From positions 1 through 52,219 of the forward strand of contig JBGAIQ010000042.1 in the NCBI GenBank assembly GCA_044225365.1: DNA of 52,219 nt, written 5' to 3'. Source of the DNA: Planctomycetota bacterium (lineage in GTDB: Bacteria > Planctomycetota > B15-G4 > JADJEK01). The position numbers were made by a program, and so were the translations under genes. Below the pieces are notes generated by a model. That model was given only the letters and a program-made list of their open reading frames with translations. It did no database searches and had not been told where the DNA came from. Shown here piece after piece: positions 38,394 to 49,582 of this stretch. Numbering within the stretch: position 1 is the first letter of the stretch; each line of letters starts with the position of its first letter.

Positions 38394-39827
38394 TCACTGC
38401 GCGACCATGAGCAATTCGTTCGAGGCCGAGAACGAGCCGTTCGGCGCGCCGGGATCGAGCGCGATGAACTGCGAGTAGATCTTGGTGCCCGACGGAACAC
38501 CCACGGGGAACGGCGCGCTGAGCGTGATCGCGCCGGCGCCGTTCAGCGGCAATGCGATCGGAGACAGCACGATTCCTCCGAGCAGGAAGGTGCAGCCCAT
38601 CACGGGAACGGACGCCTGCGCCGTCGCGAAGAACAGCAGGCCCGACCCATTGTGCGGCCCGTTCACGATCTGAATACCTGTGGTCTGATTCGGCAGCGGA
38701 GTTCCGAAGCCGCTGAGCTTCGGAGTGAGACCGCTCGCACCGACGCAGCCAACTCCGTGATCGAAGAAGGCCTGGTTCCAGATCCCGATGTTGCCGACAC
38801 CCACGCTCCCGGCCGATAGGAAGATGCCGCCTGCCGCGAGCGAATTGCCGTACGGAGTGAGCGTGTAGACGCCGCCCGCCGTTCCGCCGCTGAAGACGCC
38901 GCCGCCGACGACCGACCATTCCGAACCATTCCAGCGGGCGATGCCATTCGCGCTGATTCCGCCGATCGAGGAGAAGAGTCCTCCCGCGAAGATGTTGCCG
39001 CCGTAGCTCGCGAGCGCGAGCACGTAGGGATACGTGCCGCCCAATGGGCCGCCGTCGAGCATGGACGTCCAGGCATTTCCATTCCACGACCAGCAGCCCG
39101 CGAGACATCCCGCCGCGAGGACGTTGCCGTTCGTCGCGAGCGAGTAGACGATTTGATTCACACCTGGACCGAGCGCCGACCACGTCGTGCCGTTCCACTT
39201 CGCGATGTGGTTCGTCGGCACGCCGCCCGCGCTCGAGATGAAGCCGCCGGCGATGAGATCATTGCCGTACACCGCGAGCGCCATCACCTGACCCTGCGTT
39301 CCGCCCGCCGTTCCGCTTCCGAGCGGATACCACGCGTGACCATCCCACCGCGCGATGTTGTTCGCGGGACCGTTCGCGGAGTGGAAGTAACCGCCTGCGA
39401 TCAAGGAGCCGTTGTAGACGGTGAGCGCCACCACGCGATTGTCCATGCCGCCTTCGAGGTCGATCCACGACGAGCCGTCCCACTCGGCGATGAACTTCAC
39501 CTCGAGACTTCCCGAGAACACGAACGCGCCGCCCGCGATGAGCTTGCCGTTGTAGACGGCGAGGGCCTGGACGTCGTTGTCGAACCCAGGGCCGAGCGCT
39601 TGCCATGCGTGCGTCGTGGTATTCCACATGGCGACGTGATTCGCCGCGACTCCGCCGACGGACGTGAACTTGCCGCCGATGACGAGGTTGCCGTTGTACA
39701 CCGTCGACGCGTACACCCAGTCCGTGGCGCCGCCGTTCAATCCCGACCATTCGTCGGCGTGGGAAACGCTTGCGAATGCAAGCGCGACAGTCAAAACGGT
39801 CGATCTCCGGAATGACGTGACGTTCAT
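38394..39827 (-). CDS. Secreted beta-propeller repeat protein (GGxFxSxGGVxANxIAxWxGxxW repeats) with a conserved C-terminal domain
   Basis: GGAG RBS, start MNVTSFRRS, signal peptide ending SHA. About 6-7 repeats. C-terminal HGVGCVGASGLTPKL...QFIALDPG...SNEL. Confidence 0.8.
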   Translation of the reverse strand: MNVTSFRRSTVLTVALAFASVSHADEWSGLNGGATDWVYASTVYNGNLVIGGKFTSVGGVAANHVAMWNTTTHAWQALGPGFDNDVQALAVYNGKLIAGGAFVFSGSLEVKFIAEWDGSSWIDLEGGMDNRVVALTVYNGSLIAGGYFHSANGPANNIARWDGHAWYPLGSGTAGGTQGQVMALAVYGNDLIAGGFISSAGGVPTNHIAKWNGTTWSALGPGVNQIVYSLATNGNVLAAGCLAGCWSWNGNAWTSMLDGGPLGGTYPYVLALASYGGNIFAGGLFSSIGGISANGIARWNGSEWSVVGGGVFSGGTAGGVYTLTPYGNSLAAGGIFLSAGSVGVGNIGIWNQAFFDHGVGCVGASGLTPKLSGFGTPLPNQTTGIQIVNGPHNGSGLLFFATAQASVPVMGCTFLLGGIVLSPIALPLNGAGAITLSAPFPVGVPSGTKIYSQFIALDPGAPNGSFSASNELLMVAQ

Positions 39828-40086
39828 CTTGGGTCTCCTCCAGAAGGGGTACAGCGAGCGTGGAGGCCCTTCTGCGAAGAAGTCGCAGACGCCTCGCCGA
39901 CGCACTCCTTCGGGCGGCGCGCAAGGCGAATGCCGCCCTGCGATCGCACGGGTGTGGGATTCGTCTCCCGTCGTGTGTCGGCGTAGTGCGACACCTTTCA
40001 CGGTGGACGGGGAACTGCTCCCGCGTGCGAGTTTTCAGAATGTAGCGGACGCAGGGCAAGGAAGGCGCCCGCGGATGACGAGTCGG

Positions 40087-40959
40087 TCAGCCGTTCGTCC
40101 AGCGGTAGAAGCCCTCGCCCGTCTTCTTCCCGAGCTTTCCGGCGCGAACGAGTCGGCGCAGGATCGACGGTGGGCGGAACTGGTCGCCGATTTCCTTCTG
40201 GAGATGCTCCGCGATGGCGAGTCGCACGTCGAGGCCGACGAGGTCGGTGAGGCGCAGCGGGCCCATCGGATGGCCGTACCCGAGTTCCATTGCGCGATCG
40301 ATGTCCTCCGCCGATGCGACGCCGGCTTCGAGCATGCGCATCGCCTCGAGGCCGATGACGAGTCCGAGTCGACTCGTGGCGAAACCGGGCGAGTCCTTGA
40401 CGACGATCGACGTCTTGCCAAGTCGCTCCGCGAAGGCGCGCGCGGCCGCGAGTGTGGGCACGTCCGTCTGCTCGGCGACGACGATCTCGAGCAGCTTCAT
40501 GATGTGGACCGGATTGAAGAAGTGCAGGCCGATCGTCTTCGTCGGGCGACCGCCTTTCGCCGCGATCGCGGTGAGCGAGAGCGAACTCGTGTTCGAGCCG
40601 AGGATCGCATCTGGCGGCGCGGCGGATGCGATCTTGCCGAGGAGTTCGCACTTGAGCTCGAGGCTTTCCGGAACGGCTTCGACGACGAGGTCGATGTTCG
40701 TGCTCGACGCGAAGAGATCGGTCGACGTCGTGATGCGGGCGAGCGTCTGATCGCGCTGTTCGGGAGTGACCTTCGCCTTCGCGACTCCGGCGTCGAGGTT
40801 CTTCTTGATCCGGTCGAGACCGTTCTTCGCGAAGTCGGCGCTGACGTCGAACAGAGTGACGGTGCATCCCGCGGCCGCTGCGACGTGGGCGATGCCGTGG
40901 CCCATCGTGCCGGCGCCGAGGACGAGCACGCGATCGATCGAACGGACGGAGTCGGTCAT
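40087..40959 (-). CDS. 3-hydroxyacyl-CoA (3-hydroxybutyryl-CoA) dehydrogenase
   Basis: Motifs VLGAGTMGHGIA, VVEAVPE, GSNTSSL, GLHFFNPV and HPMGPLRLTDLVGLDV. Start trimmed to MTDSV. Confidence 0.93.
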   Translation of the reverse strand: MTDSVRSIDRVLVLGAGTMGHGIAHVAAAAGCTVTLFDVSADFAKNGLDRIKKNLDAGVAKAKVTPEQRDQTLARITTSTDLFASSTNIDLVVEAVPESLELKCELLGKIASAAPPDAILGSNTSSLSLTAIAAKGGRPTKTIGLHFFNPVHIMKLLEIVVAEQTDVPTLAAARAFAERLGKTSIVVKDSPGFATSRLGLVIGLEAMRMLEAGVASAEDIDRAMELGYGHPMGPLRLTDLVGLDVRLAIAEHLQKEIGDQFRPPSILRRLVRAGKLGKKTGEGFYRWTNG

Positions 40960-41144
40960 GGCGATTCTCGAAGCGAAGGGGTGTTTCGAAGCCGACTTTC
41001 GTAGCAGCAACACGCGGTTCAAGGAACAGGAATTCGCGAGACGGGGGACGCCAATTACGGATTCTGCCGTCGTGTTATGATCCGAAAGGCTGCGTCGGCG
41101 GTGCTGCGACCGGTCCTACCCATTCCATCGTCGAGGAGATCTGA

Positions 41145-42134
41145 ATGCGATTGCGTGCGCTCGTCGGTTGTATCGTCGTCACGGCTCTGGCGTCGTCGTC
41201 GGTTCACGCGACGGACGCGGTGCTTCGTCAGGACGCCTACTTCTTCACTTCGGGGGCGAAGTCCGGCAAGTCGTTCGGGAAGAAGCCCGAGCTCCTGGTG
41301 AAGGAGGGCCGGACGGGGATCCTGGCTTTCGACACGATGACTTTGCCGCCGATCTCGCAACCGTCGCAGATTCTGAAGGCGTCGCTGTGGTTCTACGCGA
41401 AGAAGGTGAAGAGCGGCGGCACGTTCTCGGTCCATCCCGCCGCGAACACCTGGTCCGAGGATTCGGTGACCGGTCAGAATCAGCCGGGATTCACGACGAA
41501 CATCTTCGACGCGTACAGCGTCCTCGTCGGTGACGATCAGTCGGGCGATTTCATCGTCGCCGACGTGACGCAACTGGTGCAGGCCTGGTACTCCGGTGCC
41601 GTGCAGAACTCGGGGTGGGTCGTCCTCGCCGATGCGGGCAGCGGACTCGATGTGGAGTTCGTCAGTCGCGAGGGTGAGCCTGCGAATCGGCCGCGGCTCG
41701 AGATCACGATCGGTCCCCCGAGCACGGGAGGATTCATCAAGGCGATGAGTTCCGCTGCAGGCGGCGCTGGCACGCTCTCGCCGACCCAGAGCAATTTCGC
41801 ATTCGTTCCGGGGAGCAAGGCGGTCATCACCGTGAATGCTGGAGAAACCGTCCTCGTCTTCGCGAGTTCCGCGATCGGAGTGAACGTGGGCCTGGTGACT
41901 GCGAATTTCGACATCGGATACAAGAAGGTCGGGGATGTCGCTGGGCCAGCGTCGACCGGCGAATACCAGGTCTGCTCCTTCGCGTCGGGAGCGCGCACTC
42001 CAATCGTGCTCTTCCGCAGGATTACCGGGCTCGCCCCGGGCAATTACGAGGTCGGACTCACCTACAGCACGACCGGGACGCTGACCAACAACGATTGGAG
42101 TCGCTGCCTCGCGATGACGATCAGTTCGCCCTGA
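41145..42134 (+). CDS. Secreted DNRLRE-domain (CBM96-like) protein
   Basis: GAGGAG RBS, signal peptide ending VHA. Motifs QDAYF, ILKASLWFY, WSEDSVT, DVTQLVQAW and FVSREG...RPRLEI. Confidence 0.75.
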   Translation: MRLRALVGCIVVTALASSSVHATDAVLRQDAYFFTSGAKSGKSFGKKPELLVKEGRTGILAFDTMTLPPISQPSQILKASLWFYAKKVKSGGTFSVHPAANTWSEDSVTGQNQPGFTTNIFDAYSVLVGDDQSGDFIVADVTQLVQAWYSGAVQNSGWVVLADAGSGLDVEFVSREGEPANRPRLEITIGPPSTGGFIKAMSSAAGGAGTLSPTQSNFAFVPGSKAVITVNAGETVLVFASSAIGVNVGLVTANFDIGYKKVGDVAGPASTGEYQVCSFASGARTPIVLFRRITGLAPGNYEVGLTYSTTGTLTNNDWSRCLAMTISSP

Positions 42135-42843
42135 GCGCCGAAGACTCGACCAGAGCGGCGAGTTCGGCGAGCGAGGACACCGTGAGATCCGGTCGCGCAT
42201 CGCAATCCGGCGTCGCGCCGCCTGGCCGTCTCCGACGATCGACCCAGACGCTCGGGATCGAGAGCCGATTCGCCGGCGCGATGTCGTGAAACAGACTCTG
42301 AGCGACGTGCAGCAGCGCGCCCGGCACGATGCCGAGGCGCGCCGCTTCCTTCTGCGCGGCTTCGAACATTCGCACGTCGGGCTTGTAGGCGCCGACGTCC
42401 TGAGCCGTCACGATGCCGTCGAACTTCACGCCCATCGCCGACTCGCTCCTCGAGAACGACTCGCGATCGACGTTCGATACCACGATCAGCTTGAAACGGC
42501 GCTGGAGTCGGACGAGCGCGTCGTGCGTATCCGCGAACGGCGGCCAGTCCCCGATCGAGGCCCCGAAGCGCTCCGCGTCGCTTTCGTCACAGGGCAGTGC
42601 GAAGTCGAGCGCGAGTCGTCGAAAGAGCGCCGCAAGGACCCTGGGATAGGGCCACGTCGGATTCGTCTGCTGGATCGCGGTCTCGAGGCGGCCGAATGCA
42701 GCGAGGAATGCTTCGAGATCGGGCTTCGCGACGGCGTGTCTTCTACAGTGGGATCTCAACGCGGTCTCGATCCCGGCCTCCCAATCGATCAGGGTCCCGT
42801 AGCAATCGAAGGTCAGCGCATGGAAGGGATCGAAGGCGAACAT
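42121..42843 (-). CDS. HAD superfamily hydrolase (type II haloacid dehalogenase-like)
   Basis: Motifs LTFDCYGTLIDWE, VSNVD, YKPD and HVAQSLFHDI. Confidence 0.9.
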   Translation of the reverse strand: MFAFDPFHALTFDCYGTLIDWEAGIETALRSHCRRHAVAKPDLEAFLAAFGRLETAIQQTNPTWPYPRVLAALFRRLALDFALPCDESDAERFGASIGDWPPFADTHDALVRLQRRFKLIVVSNVDRESFSRSESAMGVKFDGIVTAQDVGAYKPDVRMFEAAQKEAARLGIVPGALLHVAQSLFHDIAPANRLSIPSVWVDRRRRPGGATPDCDARPDLTVSSLAELAALVESSALRAN

Positions 42844-43000
42844 CCCGCGATCGTACCCGAATCCGTTTGCGCCGAGTCGAAAGGCAGTGGCCCCCGATGC
42901 GATCGTCGGGCGTTCTGTGCGAATGGATCCGTGGAGTCACGGCGCGCGAGGCGTAGGAAGCTCGCGATGTCCTCTTGAAGACCCCGAAGGAGAAGTACTC

Positions 43001-44275
43001 GTGAAGCAGTCCATCGTCGCTGCCCTCGTCCCGTCCCTTGGAATCGTTGCCCTCGCTTCCCTGACTTCGCAGGCCGTCGCGGGTGGCGGCGACTACTACC
43101 TGTCCTCGCCCGCGGCGGGTGCGATCTGGAAGGTGGACAAGGACACACTGCAGGATGGGCCGTTCGCTTCCGGGACACTGATTCCGCACTACGGAACGTT
43201 CGCGAAGGACGGCACCCTCTACATGCCGGATCGCGGCTGGCCGGCGATGCTCCGCATCTCGCCATCAGGCACGATCACCGCGCTGTCGGCGGGTGGCTAC
43301 TTCGTGAAGCCGGTCACGTGCATTCCGTCGCTCGATGGCAAGGCGCTCGTCGTGAGCGATGGCGGCGCCGATCTCATCCTCCGCGTCGACCTCGCCACCG
43401 GCGCGCAGAGCGTGATGTTCGACAACACGTCGGCGAACGGTCTGCTCAGTTCGCCGGACGGACTCGCGTATGACGATGCCGGGAACCTGTACGTCGCGAA
43501 TCTCACGAACGATACCGTCGTGAAGGTCGAACCGAACGGCCACACGACCGTGTTCGCGGGGAGCCCGAACATCCAGCAGCCCGGCGGGCTTGCGATCGAC
43601 GGTGCCGGGAATCTCTTCGTCGCAAATTATGGAGCGTCGAACCTCTGGCGCTTCGATCTGGCGACGGGAGAAGGGCAGTTGTTCGCATACGACACCACGA
43701 AGATGTCGAGCCCGAACGACATCAAGCTCTCGCGTTCGGGGGGCATCATCACTTCGACGCGGAACAGCAACGTCGATCGGATCGACGCGCTCGGCAACAT
43801 CGTCGTCGAGTACCACAACGCGGCGCTCGGCGAGATCGTCGGCGTGTCCGCGCCGGAGGATGCCACACCGTGCTCCGGTCGCTTCACCTATGAACTCTCG
43901 GGCATTCCCGGCAGCGGCGGCTTCACGCCGAAGTTGCGCTCGATCTACTCACCGTGCCCGGGCCAGTGGGTGGGGATGGAGTTCAAGGACTTCCCGGGTG
44001 GCGCGCCGACGTTCCTCTTCATCGGTCTCGCTCCCGGAGACGTGAAGGTGGCCGGCGCGCATCTTTTCATCGATCCTGCGGCCCCGTTCTGGGTCATCTC
44101 GTTCCCGATGACGGGGGTCGGCCCGGGCAACGGCGATCTGGTGCTCCAGTTCACGGTCCCGGACATGCCGGGGATCTCGGGCCTCAACCTCTACTACCAC
44201 GCCATCGCGGCGGACGTCGGCGGCGTCAACGGGGCGGTATGGTCGAACCGCATGCATGAGGTCATCGGGAACTGA
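43001..44275 (+). CDS. Secreted NHL/SMP-30-like beta-propeller protein with a conserved C-terminal domain
   Basis: AAGGAG RBS, GTG 43001, signal peptide ending AVA. Repeats PDGLAYDDAGNLYVAN and PGGLAIDGAGNLFVAN. C-terminal PGSGGFTPKL...GVGPGNG...WSN. Confidence 0.8.
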   Translation: MKQSIVAALVPSLGIVALASLTSQAVAGGGDYYLSSPAAGAIWKVDKDTLQDGPFASGTLIPHYGTFAKDGTLYMPDRGWPAMLRISPSGTITALSAGGYFVKPVTCIPSLDGKALVVSDGGADLILRVDLATGAQSVMFDNTSANGLLSSPDGLAYDDAGNLYVANLTNDTVVKVEPNGHTTVFAGSPNIQQPGGLAIDGAGNLFVANYGASNLWRFDLATGEGQLFAYDTTKMSSPNDIKLSRSGGIITSTRNSNVDRIDALGNIVVEYHNAALGEIVGVSAPEDATPCSGRFTYELSGIPGSGGFTPKLRSIYSPCPGQWVGMEFKDFPGGAPTFLFIGLAPGDVKVAGAHLFIDPAAPFWVISFPMTGVGPGNGDLVLQFTVPDMPGISGLNLYYHAIAADVGGVNGAVWSNRMHEVIGN

Positions 44276-44279
44276 TCCC

Positions 44280-44304
44280 ACGCGGCTCGCCGCGTTCGTT
44301 TTCT
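44280..44304 (+). terminator. Possible intrinsic terminator
   Basis: ACGCGG-CTCG-CCGCGT hairpin followed by TCGTTTTCT, just after the stop codon. Confidence 0.45.
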
Positions 44305-44374
44305 CTCGCTCGAATCCGTTCGCGGTCCGTCTCCGCCCATGGCGGCGGCGGACCGCGTCCGTTCGTTCCGAGAA

Positions 44375-44922
44375 CGGCGGCGGCGGCTGCGATCCGTGAC
44401 CGCCGTGACCGCCGAAACCGGCGGAGTCGGCTGCGATGCGTGACCGCCGAAACCGGCGGCGGCTGCGATGCGGCGGCGACGGCTGCGATCCGTAACCGCC
44501 GAAAGCGGCGGCGGCGGCTGCGATCCGTAACCGCCGACTTGGGCGCGATCGGATGGCGGGGCGCGCAGGGACGCGTGGTTGGCTGCGGGCTGAAAGCGGC
44601 GGCGGCGGCTGCGATGCGTAACCGCCGAAACCGGCGGCGGCGGCTGCGATCCGTAACCGCCGAAAGCGGCGGCGGCGGCTGCGATCCGTAACCGCCGAAA
44701 GCGGCGGCGGCGGCTGCGATCCGTAACCGCCGAAAGCGGCGGCGGCGGCTGCGATCCGCCGAAAGCGGCGGCGGCGGCTGCGATCCGTAACCGCCGAAAG
44801 CGGCGGCGGCGGCTGCGATCCGTAACCGCCGAAAGCGGCGGCGGCGGCTGCGATCCGTAACCGCCGACTTGGGCGCGATCGGATGGCGGGGCGCGCAGGG
44901 ACGCGTGGTTGGCTGCGGGCTG
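44375..44922. repeat. 35-bp tandem hairpin array with a duplicated 57-bp insert
   Basis: Unit GGCGGCGGCGGCTGCGATCCGTAACCGCCGAAAGC. CTGCGAT occurs 13 times, with a regular 35-bp period over 44609-44848 apart from one 29-bp unit. An identical block lies at 44536-44592 and 44866-44922. Confidence 0.92.
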
Positions 44923-44956
44923 TGGTACGCTCCGCCCGATTCGAACGGTATGCGAG

Positions 44957-45484
44957 ATGAATGACACGGGATCGACTTCGACGACCGCGCACGGCAACCC
45001 CCGGCGTATCGATGACGACGCGCGGGTCCTGCGGCTGTGGGTGCGTCCCGAGCCGAAGGTTCCCCCGGTCGAGGTCGACGCCATCGAACTCCTGGCGGAC
45101 GAAGGAATCGTGGGTGATCACACTCGCAATCGAATGCGCCACGTGACCTTTCTGTGCGAAGGGGATTGGGCCGCCGCGGCGGAGGAACTCGGTCATCGGA
45201 GGGGAGCGATCGACCCCGTCGGAAGGCGCGCCAATGTGTTGCTCTCAGGTTTGGGGGCAGGCAAGCTGTTGCGTCGAACGGTCGCGATCGGCTCGGCAAC
45301 GATCCAGATCCGCGGGGTCACCGCGCCTTGCCCGACGATGGATCTCGCCGCGAACGGAATGAAAGAGGCTCTGAAACCCGCAGTTCGATCGGGAGTCTGG
45401 GGCCGGGTCCTCACGGGCGGCATTGTTCGCCGTGGAGATCCTCTAGTGATCCTTCAAGAGCCCGAAGTCCGTGGAGTAGGATGA
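44957..45484 (+). CDS. MOSC domain protein
   Basis: Motifs GIVGDH, RHVT, RRANVLLSG, TAPCPTMD and GVWGRVLTGGIVRRGD. Confidence 0.85.
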   Translation: MNDTGSTSTTAHGNPRRIDDDARVLRLWVRPEPKVPPVEVDAIELLADEGIVGDHTRNRMRHVTFLCEGDWAAAAEELGHRRGAIDPVGRRANVLLSGLGAGKLLRRTVAIGSATIQIRGVTAPCPTMDLAANGMKEALKPAVRSGVWGRVLTGGIVRRGDPLVILQEPEVRGVG

Positions 45485-45488
45485 CCGG

Positions 45489-47426
<1,938 letters not shown>

Positions 47427-47505
47427 GCTCTCGCGAGTTCTCGCAGTCGCCGTTCGCGACCTCTAACTTATCGCCTCGTCCAGAGGCCTCGCCGAGAAGA
47501 TCTCC

Positions 47506-48651
47506 ATGTCCCACACTCTTCGCGTCGCGTTGATCGGTCAGAAGTTCATGGGTCGGGCGCACAGCAACGCCTGGTCCCAGGTGAACAAGTTCTTCACGCT
47601 TCCACGCACCGTCGAGACCACGCTGATCGCCGCACGGGAGCCATCGGAGCTCGCGGAGTTCGCGATGCGATGGGGCTGGCTGCAGCACACGACCGATTGG
47701 AAGACGATCATCGGCGACGCTCTGATCGATCTCGTCGACATCGGCACGCCGAACGACGTCCATGCCGAACAGTCGATCGCGATGCTCGAAGCGGGCAAGC
47801 ACGTGGCGTGTGAGAAGCCGCTCGCAGGAACTCTCAAGGACGCGCGGGCCATGCGCGACGCCGCCAAGAAAGCACGCGGCAGCAAGACGTTCGTCTGGTT
47901 CAACTATCGACGATGCCCGGCCGTCGCACTCGCCCATCAGCTCGTGAAGGAAGGGCGGATCGGCAAGATCCTCCACGTTCGCGCCACGTATCTGCAGAGC
48001 TGGGGATTCGAGGACACGCCCCTCGTCTGGCGTTTCCAGAAGAAGATCGCGGGCAGCGGCGCGCACGGCGATCTCAATGCGCACATCATCGACATGGCAC
48101 GCTTCGTGACGGGGGACGAGATCGTCGAGGTCAACGGCGCAATTGCGAAGACCTTCATCCCGCAGCGGAAGATCCCGGGCACGAACAAGCTGGGCAAGGC
48201 CGACGTCGATGACGCGGTCCTTTTCCTCGCGAGCTTCAAGGGCGGCGCCGTGGCGAGCTTCGAGGCCACCCGCGTCGCGCACGGCCATCAGAATCGCTGC
48301 ACGCTCGAGGTCGACGGCGAGAAGGGCTGCTTGAAGTTCGACTTCGAGGACATGAACCTGCTGTGGTTCCTCGATGCCTCGGACGATCCTCGAACCTACG
48401 GCTGGAAGCGGATCATGTGCACGGATCCGAAGCATCCGTACGCGGGCAACTGGTGGCCTGCGGCGCACGTCCTCGGATACGAGCACGGCTTCGTCAACAT
48501 GGCGGCCGACATCTGCCGCGTCGTCGGGGGCGAGAAGCCCGTCGTTCCGCTGCCGGATTTCGCCGATGCCTACGAGACGCAGCGAGTGCTCGAAGCGGCG
48601 CTCCTCGCCGCGAAGCACCGCACGACGGTCAAGCTCTCCGAAGTGAAGTGA
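47506..48651 (+). CDS. Gfo/Idh/MocA family oxidoreductase
   Basis: Motifs IGQKFMGRAHS, DIGTPNDVH, GKHVACEKPLA, FNYRRCPA and GDLNAHIID. Confidence 0.92.
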   Translation: MSHTLRVALIGQKFMGRAHSNAWSQVNKFFTLPRTVETTLIAAREPSELAEFAMRWGWLQHTTDWKTIIGDALIDLVDIGTPNDVHAEQSIAMLEAGKHVACEKPLAGTLKDARAMRDAAKKARGSKTFVWFNYRRCPAVALAHQLVKEGRIGKILHVRATYLQSWGFEDTPLVWRFQKKIAGSGAHGDLNAHIIDMARFVTGDEIVEVNGAIAKTFIPQRKIPGTNKLGKADVDDAVLFLASFKGGAVASFEATRVAHGHQNRCTLEVDGEKGCLKFDFEDMNLLWFLDASDDPRTYGWKRIMCTDPKHPYAGNWWPAAHVLGYEHGFVNMAADICRVVGGEKPVVPLPDFADAYETQRVLEAALLAAKHRTTVKLSEVK

Positions 48652-48655
48652 GTCG

Positions 48656-49510
48656 ATGGCTCCTCGCGGCGGGACGGTCGTTTCGATCGGCGATGTCGGA
48701 GCAGCGCTCGAAGCGATCGCGCCGCTTTGCCTCGCGGAATCATGGGACAACGTCGGCTGGCTGATCAGCTCGAAAGAGCATTCAGCACCCGCTTCGCGTA
48801 TCGGGCTCGCGATCGATCTCACGGAGCGAGTCCTCGACGAGGCGATCGCGGCGCGGTGCGGCGTCGTGGTGACCTACCATCCGCCGATCTTCGAACCGCT
48901 GAAACGACTGACTCCCGACACGCGCGCGGGACGAGTCGCGATTCGTGCGATCGAGGCTGGCATCGCGATCTACTCGCCGCACACGGCGCTCGATTGCGCG
49001 CCCGGTGGAGTGAACGACTGGCTCGCCGACGGCTTGGGTTCGGGACATCGCCGCGCGATCGCGCGACCGAATGCACGAATGCTCGTTGGAACCGATTCGA
49101 TCGGCGACGTCGACGGCGCGCCCCTCGTGGGCCAAGGTCGATTCGTCGTGCTCGACGAGACGACATCGCTCGCGACGATCGCGAAGCGATGGAAGCGCCA
49201 TCTGCGCTTGAAGTCGCTGCGCATCGCCGCGACGCCCGAGCACGAGGCGAACGGCGTCGAATCGATCGCCATTTGCGCGGGCGCGGGCGGCGACGTGGTG
49301 CTCGACTCCGGCGCGGATCTTCTCGTGACCGGCGAAATGAGTCATCACAAGGTCCTCGCCGCAATGGCTCGGGGTTCGAGCGTGTTGCTCTCCGAGCATT
49401 CCCACACCGAGCGGGGATTCCTGCCGCGCCTCGCGACGATGTTGCGCGATCGCGTCGCGATCGACACGATCGTTCTGACTTCGGACGTCGACCCGTTACG
49501 GTCGATCTGA
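48656..49510 (+). CDS. Nif3-like dinuclear metal center protein (YbgI/NIF3)
   Basis: Motifs LAESWDNVG, YHPPIF, YSPHTALD, GGVNDWLA, TGEMSHH and HSHTERG. Confidence 0.92.
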   Translation: MAPRGGTVVSIGDVGAALEAIAPLCLAESWDNVGWLISSKEHSAPASRIGLAIDLTERVLDEAIAARCGVVVTYHPPIFEPLKRLTPDTRAGRVAIRAIEAGIAIYSPHTALDCAPGGVNDWLADGLGSGHRRAIARPNARMLVGTDSIGDVDGAPLVGQGRFVVLDETTSLATIAKRWKRHLRLKSLRIAATPEHEANGVESIAICAGAGGDVVLDSGADLLVTGEMSHHKVLAAMARGSSVLLSEHSHTERGFLPRLATMLRDRVAIDTIVLTSDVDPLRSI

Positions 49511-49582
49511 GCACAGGCTAGTCCCCTCGGGCCTCTCACCGCTTCGCTATCCTGTCCGTCCCGACTCCTCGTAGGACCTTCC

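Noticed and set aside
39884-39990. Structured ncRNA or riboswitch upstream of the secreted protein
   Set aside because: Only GC-rich imperfect hairpins, including a CC-TTCG-GG loop on the non-coding strand. No recognisable family motif.
44375-44922. CRISPR array
   Set aside because: Units are directly abutting with no unique spacers, the only insert is duplicated, and no cas genes are in the window.
43949-45299. Minus-strand ORFs with AAAAAFGGYGSQPPPP repeats
   Set aside because: They are translations of the 35-bp DNA repeat cycling through all frames, and they overlap real genes on the opposite strand.
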